From assembly GCF_000281045.1 (NCBI RefSeq), contig NW_008246106.1, positions 420,554-452,933 of the forward strand: 32,380 nt of DNA, read 5' to 3'. Below are positions 22,901-32,380 of the stretch, in pieces. A program made the translations under genes and the position numbers. The stretch is from Saprolegnia diclina VS20. Taxonomy: Eukaryota. A model generated the notes under the pieces. The model saw nothing but the letters and a program-made list of their open reading frames with translations. It ran no database searches and was not told the DNA's origin. Each line of letters starts with the position of its first letter. Within the stretch, counting starts at the first letter, position 1.

Positions 22901-25073
22901 GCCAGCGCCGCCTGGCACGTTACATATCAGTATATCAGTTCTCAACACCTCGCGATCGGCGCACGTACGCCGTGAAGAGCGTAGTTGACGTTGGCATTCG
23001 CACCAGCGTGAAGTAGCGCGCGGACGATGCGGTGGTAGCCATTGTCGGCTGCCAGAAACAGCGCCGTCTTGTTCTCCTATCAGGGTATCAGATTTCCATC
23101 ACGTAGCGTCCAAAGCTACCTTGGACGTTGGCAAGTCCAGGTCCAAGTGCGTCTGGTGGAAGAGCAACTTGAGTGTGCTTTTGTCGCCAAGCGCACACAC
23201 GTGGTGCAATACTGCGTAGCCCTTTTTGTGACGAGATTAGGGTCTGCACAAAATAAGAGAAAAAGTACCTTGAGATCGACCTCGTTGATGCCTGGAAAGT
23301 CGAGTGTCGCTACGAGTCGCTGCTGGAGCTCGTCCCAACGACCGTCGGCCGCCAGTTTGGTGAGGCTTGTGCTTTTCGACGAGTGATGCGACCACTTACA
23401 GAGCGCGGGGCACTGCGTCGGCGTCGCGCCCGACTGGAGGCCTTGCGTCTAGAGACGCATAAGCCGGGCGCCGACGAGAAAAAGGTACCATGCGCATCGG
23501 GTACGGTAGCTGTCCGCGGTGGCACACTGCGTGGACGAGCTGGACGAGCTTGGTGTTGGACCAGTTCTCGGCGTTTTCGATGCATGTGACGCCCGCCGCC
23601 ACGAGGTAGTCGACGACAGTCTTGCCTTCCTACACCCATCGTCGTGAGTACCTGATATGGCCAATTCGATTTGATTACGTGATCCCGGAGCTGGAGCGAT
23701 GCCGGGTCGCTCAGCGGCAAAAGGAGTTCGAACAGCTGCGCTTGGCCGTCCCGCGCGTTGAAGTCCATGGCGGCAAACATTAGCATCGTGCGACCGTCCT
23801 AATTAGGATACAATCCGGCACCGCTCCCGCCAAAATCCTAAGAAGTACCATGTCGGTGGCGCCAAGGGCAGTCGCGATCGCTTGTGCATATGCTGCGGGC
23901 TCGGGGTGCGTCGTCTTCATCTCGACAAGCCAGCCAGTGACGTACGCGACATTGCCGTTGCGGACCATGCAGTGCAGTGCAAAGTCGCGGCGGAAGATCG
24001 GCTCGGAGCGCAAGAGGCGGCGGATGCGGACACTCTGCGAAGCCAAATCGACTGGGCAGACACCGGCCTAGTCAGTAGTGTAAGAAGTAAGCACGTCGGC
24101 CAAATCGCGTCGTACGTGGTTCGGGATGTCGACCGATGCGTTGCGCGACAGCAAGAGCTGCAAAATGGACACCAATTTGTCTTCGTTCTCAAGATGATGC
24201 TCGATAGCAACGTGCAGCGCCGTGCTGCCATCCTACTCGCGTCATGAGCGATCACTGTGCCCTGTCAAATAAGGACTCGACCGCGGTCTGCGCGTCGACT
24301 TGCCACTCGCTGGCGTCGAGCCAATTCAAGGCCGCGCCGTTGTTAAGTCGGACGGCAAGATGCAGCAGCGTCTCGCCGCGCTATTTATGGCCATAAGATA
24401 CGACTAAGATGCCATGCACGGACCAAGTTGATCATAGTTTTGGTCGAGCAGTGCTCCAAGAGCCAGCGCAAGACGTCGTGCGAAAAGTGCTGGATCGCCA
24501 TGTGCAACAGCGAGTCGCCTGTCTAAGAGAAAATACTAACTCACGACACGGAATCGAGTTTAGCACGCGTACCGAGGGCGACGTGGCGTCCTTGGCGCCA
24601 GGTACGCTAGCAAAGAGGTACTCGACCACGGGCAACCGGTCGTGCTCGACGGCCGCCGCGATTGGTGCCCATTCGTACTAGGTCAATGACGTCATTATAC
24701 GAGGATATAGGAGGAAAAAGTACGTCGGGAATGGCCGAGAAGCGCGTGTTCTCGACGACGAGGCGCACGAGATCGACGCGGCCAAACTTGGCGGCGAGCG
24801 ACAGGATCGTATGTCCCTCCTATGAAGCATGGCGACTTACATTGGCTGCACACAATGCGTTGGTACGATTACCTTGTTGGTGGCGGCGAGGTCGTCGTCG
24901 TCCACGTCGTCGTCGTTGATGCGGTGGCGAATGGCGCTAAACCGGTTGCGACCAAAGAGCATCACCAGGGTCGCCAAGTCGTCCATGCCGCCAGGAAAGG
25001 CCGTCTCGGCCAGCATGTCGTTGACCGAGTCCGAGTGCTCGAGCTCCGAGCGCGCAAGTTCCCGTGCGCCCAT
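19929..25073 (-). CDS. Gene C: ankyrin-repeat TRP-like cation channel, 18 exons, intact; start codon tentative
   Basis: Same intron positions as B (EGHTILSLAA, TGDSLLHMAI, RGETLLHLAV, DGSTALHVAI, DGETALMVAA, AGETALMLAA). Terminal exon 21938-19929 contains LLQIKWELF, SFITTFFVAFGQ and IILLNTLIAMMNKT. Confidence 0.92.
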
Positions 25074-26337
25074 GGCCGAGTCTTCAAAAATGATGCCATC
25101 GGTTGCCGCAGGATTGTGGCAGCTGGTGACGCCTATCACCAAGGTGACCGTGGTCCTCTCGCACCAGCTGGTTTTGAGGAAGCCCACATTGCCGTTTCGC
25201 CATGGTCTTGCGCCTTGGAACAGTTTTGCTCAACGATGGGGGACCGGTAGTAACTTTAGACAATGAGCTCTGAGGGGTTGGTTTTGCTGGTCGGTAGTGT
25301 CATCGACGTTCACCGGTGGCGGCGTACCAGGTACTATTGATGGACTGTTGAGGTTCCCGACTACAGATCGCCATTTTCAGAGACTGGAACCACTGCAAAG
25401 AACGTGGTCGGACATCCGATAAGTTTGGAAGCGACGACGCTTTGGTCGCCCTCGCAAAAATGGACGCGATCCCCCGCAAATGGTGGCCCAACTTTGAGGT
25501 CTTGGTCCCACGCCGCGTCCCTCTCTCGGCGTCTACATTCGGGTATGTACACCACCGTTGAGAGACGAATGGAGACTTTACTACAGTGCTATAGCGTGGT
25601 GTACCGGTAGCAGAAGCATACATGAACCAGGACGAACCGATCACGGCGGCACGGCTTGCCGAGAACGATGCACTAGTATGTGCATCTTCCTCCTATCCGG
25701 ATATAGTGATTCGCCATCGCCACAACTAAAATATATATGGTGTCGTGAAGTGAGTTTTCAGATTCATTCTCCACTCAACATGTTGCGGATTTTTTGAAGC
25801 GAATGAACGCAAGGAAGGCCTATAACATTCCACGCAATACATTTCCCGAGTGTTTCGTAGCCGACGAGCTTAGCCGGCCTTATCCGCCGTTCCGCTTCAC
25901 CAGTTTTTTATCACATAGTGCAGTGAAGCATAGAAGGATAGAGAGATAAAACGGCTCCAGTCGTTTCAGTTTCCATCTTCTAGGACACCAGACTTCCACC
26001 AAAGTGCTCCAACGCAGAAGCGAGTTTCTCGATGGGCATTGTGTCGCAACGAGAGGTAGTCTCCTACGGCGTCAGAGGTGTATCAATGGCCACAGAAAGT
26101 GGACACGGTAAACGGCGCAGAGGTGTTTTCACAGGGCTTGTTCTACTAGTACGCTGGACTAAGTTATTCGACTGAGTGACCCTTCCCTCATTCATTGCGT
26201 GCTCACGCTATTATGTGTTAATGTCGACGCCACACCAATAATAATCTTCGAAAGTTGTCTTCGCGTGTGCTCTCCACGTCATCGAAATCGAATGTCAGCG
26301 TCGCTTCGATCCCTCACATTCCGTAATTGCACGACCA

Positions 26338-29300
26338 ATGCACACCAAATGGAAAGCGGGCGGCAAGCTCGCCTACAACGCGGTCGCACCGCACTCGCCG
26401 CTGGATGTCTCGACGATGGACCCGCCCAACTCGGAGATCACGCAAGAGGACGATCCTGTGCTGATGCAAAACGTGGAGGGCATGTTTATGCTCGACCTCT
26501 TCCGCGCCGGCAACGTCGCCGCTGTCGTCGACCGCATCACCACCAAGGCGTACACGACCAACGACTTGACGCGCCATGTCGTAAGGCATCACCGATACAC
26601 GCGTCCAAATAGCTCATCCTATCGACGTAGATGGGCGTGAACCTCTCGAGCGCCGCCTGTCGTGCGGGCAACCTCGAAGTTGTCGATCTCATTCTCACCG
26701 CGACCGACTTTACGAGCATTCCTGACGTACCACCGTTATATCGCATCATGTGTCATAGCTGTGCATTCTAGTATGAGCTTTTCCCGATCATTGGTGCCAT
26801 TGCCAACAAGCACGAGCGCATCGTGCGTCGACTGCTGGCCGCGATCCCAACATCGGCGACCATCGCTCTGGACCATGTACCATCATTCTTCATGACGTGG
26901 CACCCTCACACCTCACCTTGGTTGCATAGAAAGGCAACACGGCGCTGCACATTGCCGTGAAGTGCGGCGCGGGGGCCGTGGTCCACGAACTTTTACCGCA
27001 TTCGAACGTCAATGCGTCCAACCGCGTACCTTGCATTGACATGATTTGGGACGGTGGACAATATGTCTTATTCTAGAGTGGACGTACGCCACTGCACATG
27101 GCCGTGCGCCGCGCGTCGTACGCCTGCGTCGATGCGCTTGTCAACATGGAAGCCCGTGTCGATGCCGTCGACAAAGTAGTGTGCAAGGAAAAGGATCCAC
27201 CTCATCGTGGAGTAGAACGGAGACACGCCACTGCATCGCGCCGCGGCCAAGCCGCGCAGGCCCCTCGAGACAGTTCTTCGCATGTTGGACCGTCTATTTC
27301 GGGCCAACGCGAGTGTCGAAGTGCGCAACACGGTACATAATGCGCTATGCACACATACTGAGGCTCATCGTTACGTAGCAAGGTCTTCTGGCCGTCGACT
27401 TGGCGTCAAGCAAACCGCTTCAGGAAATAAGGGATGCGATTGCGGCGGAAGCGGAGTTCCGAAAGCGGTTCCCACGCCACTGCCTTGCCCGCAATGGCAA
27501 CTTTCGGCAAATCGACCAGTGGCTGGCGTCGATTGTGCCGCCGACCGACGTGCCGTTCACGCCGGTTCCCGGCACGAGCATCCGCGACCAAGAAGTCCTC
27601 GACGGGAGCATGCAATTGCGGCTTGTGCGCTGCCCGAATGAGACGCAGTACCGCTTCCTCGGTATCAATGTCAACACGACAGGCAAGCCATGGACAGTCG
27701 TGGGTGCCTGGTCGGTCCGCGACAACTCCGTGTCGATGGTGCAGTCGTACGCACTGGGCGACAGCCAGTACGCACGCGTCACGTTTGTGGGACCGATCGA
27801 CGTGGACACTGGCATTTGGACTGCGACATTTCTCGACGCGGCCAACCAGCTCACGGGCATCAACAAGTACACGTTTCCACTCTGGTCGTGCCTGCGCTGC
27901 AACAAGGCCAAGCTGCCGATCGAGGGGAGTGAGTGCCTCAGCTGTATGGACCCCGGGCGGACTGCTCTGGAACTGATCACCATGGCGCGTCTCATGTGTG
28001 CAACGGCATGGGAGAGCGACTTGAACATCCAGCTGCTCGAATGCATCTCGATGCTATCCCAGCTCACCAAATGCCCCATTACACCGCAGGTAGACAAGTG
28101 ATGTACATGTACCATGTATATATATCGCGTCGACCATGTAGGCATCGGTGACTCAATGCATTGGTCAATGCAGCGAGGGTAGTTTTTTCGACGAAGATTT
28201 CGCCAAGCTCGCCAGCGAAAACAACTGGACGGAGCTCATACAGCTCTTGGAAGAGAAGACATGGCCGGCTGTGCACGACTAGGCGAAACCCATTGGTAGG
28301 CCGCGTGGACACGCGCGGTGCGTCACTGGGACCAGACGGAGAAGAGCTACCAGCTCGTTGCTGCCAAGCAGCGCGTAAAGCAAGAACATCCGCGCTACTA
28401 CGCCGTGAACGTCGAGACTGTAGCGAATGCTGTCGCTTTCATCCAGGTACATTGCTTGGCAAGCTGTGGTAAACAATGGGGCTTTGTTGTAACGCAGGCG
28501 GGTCGCATTGCACGCCGCAATTCTACTCAACCAAATAACCGCGATTCTCCAGCAGCTGGTGGACGACTGCGTCGATCTTGACGCCAAGGACGAGGTAACC
28601 GAAGCAAAGGTCTGCGACAAATGATCGTCGGGTGTCTAGGCCGGGGAGACGGCGTTGATGCACGCGGCGCGGCTCGGCTAACGTGGGTTTTCTCTTGAAG
28701 CACGGCGCCGACATGGATGTCCTCAATAAGGTGGCTTGCGAATAGGTATGAGGATCTCACCTCATACCTTGCCTAGGCTGGGCAGTCGGCGCTCCTCCTC
28801 GCTGCCCTTCATGGGCACGAAACCATTGTGCGGGAGCTATTGCTGCATTTGGCGGACCTCAACTTGTCGCCTTCGGTATTGAATTACCCTTCTGACATTA
28901 TCCACGATCGTTGTGCATGGTGTAGACAACCGTTGCGTCCGTGCTTGCGAGTGCATCGCCACGTCCACCAATGCATGACGATATTCAAGAAATCCTGGCG
29001 ACCGAGGCACTACTGCGCGTCAAGTCGAATGAGCACCGTGCCAAGATCGCCAAGCGTCTGCGCCAGCTCGGCACAGAGGAGGCACTGACCACCAACGGAT
29101 TTGCTAACGCCCTCACCAGCGACCCGGGGATCGCGAGCGGCTTCTTGAGCGACTGCGTCAAGCTCGACCGCCATGAAGTGTGCTTCACCGAGGTACACTA
29201 GTGTCTGTTAGAGGTCGTCTACTCAATCGTGGGACATATAGATGGAGCACATCTTTGGCCGCGACTACGAGTATTGCGTGCACTACCATCTCTTCGATCT

Positions 29301-31179
29301 CGAAACCAACGATCCGATATTGATCGATCGCGTTCAGACTGAGTGCATGGAACACATAACGATGCTGCGCCTGCTGCAGATCAAATGGGAGCTCTTTGGC
29401 CGGCGCGCGTACCTCCAACAATGCCTCATCAACCTACTTTTGCTTATTCTCACGACCATCTCGTGCACGCTCTCGCCCGACGGAGCACCCAACACAGCGG
29501 CGTTTGGCACTGGCGCTGCCACGCTCGTCTTTGTGGCGGTCAGCTACGGCATGGTGCAGTGGCTCCGGCCCCGGCCCCTCTGGCGCCTTGCACGGCTCAC
29601 GTACGATCGGTCTTTCGAATTCGACCCTGACATGAAGATCCCAAAGCTGCGAGCGCGGAAAAGCCTCGTCAAGCAGCTGCTCGTTGTTGCGACCTTTGCG
29701 ATCACGCTGCTTCTTGTGGTGCCCATCTTGTGGCTGCTGCTCTACTTTGAGCTCATCGATTGGTTTCCCGCTACGGCGCATGCTCTTGTCGGGCTTGCGG
29801 CGCTCTATTTTTTGTACATTCAGCGGCAGGAGGCCACGAGCGACATGGAAGCGGTAAAGAAGTCGCGCCTCGCCAGGTTGCAACTGCTCCTGTACCTCAT
29901 CATCGTGTGCGTCTACGTCCCGATGAAGCTCCACTGGCTGGACGCGTCAACATCTGTGCAAACAGGTCTCGGCAGCATCATCACGATCGTGCTCTGGGTG
30001 CTCTCGCTGCAGTTTCTCAAAGTCGTGCCGGCGGTGAGTTTTCTCTTGCCCATGGTCGGCGACCTTCTCGTGGATGTGGGCAATTTTTTCATCTTCTTTG
30101 GGGTTGTCCAAGTCGGGCTCGCGCTCACGTTCTACCAGCTCTTCCGCGAAAAAGACGTTAAAGAGTTTAGCACCCTCTGGCAATCATTTGTGACGACATA
30201 TTTTGTTACGTTTGGGAACGTCCCGCTCGACGCCATCTCGTCGTTTGATCCGGAGACCGAAAGCTTCTTGACGGCGTGCGCCACTTTGCTCTTCATGTGC
30301 CAATCAGCGACGATCGTTTTGCTGCTCATCAACGTCCTCCTCGCCATGATGAACAAGACGGTCGATGTTGGGCTCAACCGCGCCAAGAGCCAAGCCCTCT
30401 CAAGCTACGCCCAGAGCATCTTGCACTTGGAGATGTCCCAGCGAATGAACAAGAGTGAGCGCATGGACCTCATGGACTTCCGCCGCCCATCGCTCAAGGA
30501 GCCTGCGGGCTTGCTAAACCCGATCTTCACCGAGACACTTCCACGCGCCGAATGGCCCGTCTCGGCTGAGGACGACGCCGCGTTGACAGAGTACGCAGCG
30601 TCAAAAGAGGCGCCCAAGCGCAGTATGGAGGCCGCAAAGTGCCAAGTTGACGACGCGCTTGACGCATTCGAAGCAACGTTTGTCCGCGTCGGGCATTTCA
30701 CACCGTTGGACGTCAAGAGCGTGTTCCGCACCGAGCTCACGCTCTTCGCGGCAACGAGGGCTCGAACCACCGACCTTTTCGCCTCTGCCACGGATGGGCC
30801 CACGACGTCCGTTCGTGTCCAGCGCGAGGTCGCCAAGCTCCGGGATGCCATCATTGACTTGTGGCAGCCCGACGTGCAAGGCGTTGTCGCTACGACGCCC
30901 CACGGCCAGTGCGTGCTTTTGTATCAGCTGTCGCACCAAGCGACGTTGAAAGAGATGGCGAAGCGGATGCTGGTGACGATTGCGAACATTTTTGCACCGG
31001 CTCAAGAGCGCGTTGAAGCACCAGTGTCGGCAAACGACGAAATCGCGAGCCTCAAGAGCCTTCTGAACGACCACACGCGCCTTGTGCAGACGCTCTTGCT
31101 AGAGATGCAAGGGCTGCGCCAGCAAATGGAGACGACAACCGCACCCAAGAAGCAACGGGCGAGCCGAGGCAACGCCTAA
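26338..31179 (+). CDS. Gene D: divergent ankyrin-repeat TRP-like channel with inserted beta-rich/C4 zinc-finger domain; middle exons appear disrupted (possible pseudogene or split gene)
   Basis: Ankyrin exons KGNTALHIAV, SGRTPLHMAV, NGDTPLHRAA, AGQSALLLAA; enlarged exon 27379-28089. Lesions near 28280, 28492 and 28679. Intact terminal channel exon. Confidence 0.75.
29242..31179 (+). CDS. Terminal exon of gene D: intact 645-aa TRP-like membrane domain plus coiled coil
   Basis: LLQIKWELFGRR, SFVTTYFVTFGN, LLLINVLLAMMNKT, YAQSILHLE; collinear with the terminal exons of B and C. Confidence 0.9.
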   Translation: MEHIFGRDYEYCVHYHLFDLETNDPILIDRVQTECMEHITMLRLLQIKWELFGRRAYLQQCLINLLLLILTTISCTLSPDGAPNTAAFGTGAATLVFVAVSYGMVQWLRPRPLWRLARLTYDRSFEFDPDMKIPKLRARKSLVKQLLVVATFAITLLLVVPILWLLLYFELIDWFPATAHALVGLAALYFLYIQRQEATSDMEAVKKSRLARLQLLLYLIIVCVYVPMKLHWLDASTSVQTGLGSIITIVLWVLSLQFLKVVPAVSFLLPMVGDLLVDVGNFFIFFGVVQVGLALTFYQLFREKDVKEFSTLWQSFVTTYFVTFGNVPLDAISSFDPETESFLTACATLLFMCQSATIVLLLINVLLAMMNKTVDVGLNRAKSQALSSYAQSILHLEMSQRMNKSERMDLMDFRRPSLKEPAGLLNPIFTETLPRAEWPVSAEDDAALTEYAASKEAPKRSMEAAKCQVDDALDAFEATFVRVGHFTPLDVKSVFRTELTLFAATRARTTDLFASATDGPTTSVRVQREVAKLRDAIIDLWQPDVQGVVATTPHGQCVLLYQLSHQATLKEMAKRMLVTIANIFAPAQERVEAPVSANDEIASLKSLLNDHTRLVQTLLLEMQGLRQQMETTTAPKKQRASRGNA

Positions 31180-31238
31180 GGAACTGCATTTACCGGTACT
31201 TGAACATTGTTGGATGTATTGATTTTGCCCTTCGAATT

Positions 31239-31438
31239 TGGTACACCGGTGGACCGCGCGTCCTATATGCAAGCAGTAGATGTACTGACGACCGTCGCCG
31301 AAGTGTGCACAACGAGAGCGTGTAGGAGGAGACGCGTCCATTGCTACGCGGGCTCGCCAATGGCTTCGCGCGCGAGGCACGCGCGATATCGCTTGTAGCC
31401 TTGTATCTGTGGGTCTAGGAGAAGCGCATCATCTCGGG
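31239..31438 (+). repeat. Partial repeat copy R5, direct duplicate of 31581-31793, cut by N-gap
   Basis: atgcaagcag...gtagatgtactgacg...gtctaggagaagcgcatcatctcggg occurs on both sides of the gap. It ends in gcatcatctcg, which also opens the core in R1 and R2. Confidence 0.85.
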
Positions 31439-31580
31439 NNNNNNNNNNNNNNNNNNNNNNNNNNNNNNNNNNNNNNNNNNNNNNNNNNNNNNNNNNNNNN
31501 NNNNNNNNNNNNNNNNNNNNNNNNNNNNNNNNNNNNNNCAGATGAGCGCTATCGCGCTGGCTGCTGCCAACGGGCACGAG

Positions 31581-32330
31581 TTGGGTACACCGATATACCG
31601 CGCATCCTAGATGCAAGCAGTACTAGTAGATGTACTGACGGACTGTCGCCGAAGCGTGCACAACGAGCGCGTGTAGAACGAGATGCGTCCATTGCTACGC
31701 GGGCTCGCCGATGGCGTCGCACGCGAGGCACGCGCGCTATCGCTTGTAGCCTCGTAGCCTTGTTGCAGGTCTAGGAGAAGCGCATCATCTCGGGGTAGTC
31801 ACATCGCCGTCGTGTCCACGTGGCCGTCGCGTCCACGAGGCCGTCGACAGCATTGGCCAGAGATCCGGCTTTGCGCGACTTCGGTCGCTCGTCACGCATG
31901 CTGCAGCGATGCCACGTCGACGGCCACGGAGCGGAAGCGCTTCAACTGGCACGGCCATCGGAAGTCGGTGTCGGGAAATGTGCAAGATGGCGGAAAGGCT
32001 GCTGCCTGGAACGCGTACTGATGATTGGCTGAAACCCATTATTTCCTCGATTTGGATTGGCCATTGAATATTATATATATTCAGCCATTGCGATTGGCTA
32101 AAATGCTGACACACTGACGTACCGGTGCGCCGCAGCCGCCGGTGGGGTCCATCGGTCGGCCAACTCGAGTTTTCAACAAAGTCGCTCAAACTTGGTGAGG
32201 TGATAGAGGACACTCTGGAGAGCTCAAAACACCTCGTCGCGTCGACGTTGGCAATGTCTCGCGCTCCCTACGGGCTTCGCCACTAATCATGGCACAAGCC
32301 ATTTCTAGACACATATTGCCAGTTTTAGTG
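31581..32330 (+). repeat. Dispersed repeat copy R6 (core ~31780-32325)
   Basis: gtcgctcgtcacgcatgctgcagc...caactcgagttttcaacaaagtcgctcaaacttggtgaggtgatagaggacactctggagagctcaaaac is shared with R1-R4. Confidence 0.9.
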
Positions 32331-32380
32331 CCAACGCAGGCTTGCAGACTCATTCGATGAATTTATCGCCGCTGAGGTAT

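Noticed and set aside
25300..25800. Short ORFs in the divergent C-D intergenic region
   Set aside because: No motif, splice pattern or homology evident; cannot be supported as genes.
1..32380. CRISPR array, tRNA/rRNA genes or prokaryotic operon/defence system
   Set aside because: The sequence is intron-rich eukaryotic DNA. The periodicity comes from ankyrin exons, not repeat-spacer units, and no RNA gene signatures were seen.

Overview
Eukaryotic draft-assembly DNA with six N-gaps, most likely an oomycete of the Saprolegnia type. This is inferred from GC-rich coding sequence, very short ~39-57 nt GT-AG introns and an INR/FPR-like core promoter. The window is dominated by a tandem cluster of four paralogous ankyrin-repeat TRP-like cation channel genes: A 8265-13300 (+), B 14756-19828 (+), C 25073-19929 (-) and D 26338-31179 (+). 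A 5' fragment A' (4991-5833) is nearly identical to A and ends at a gap. B and C splice by eye into 18 exons with all 17 introns in phase 0, roughly one ankyrin repeat per exon, and the whole membrane domain on one ~2 kb terminal exon. The membrane domains appear to carry two extra hydrophobic helices between S1 and S2 and differ at the pore filter (FGE/FGQ/FGN). D carries an intronless inserted beta-rich domain plus C4 zinc finger and has apparent lesions. The cluster is flanked by at least six copies of a dispersed repeat with triple CCAAT-like boxes. A decayed EF-G GTPase fragment lies between A and B.
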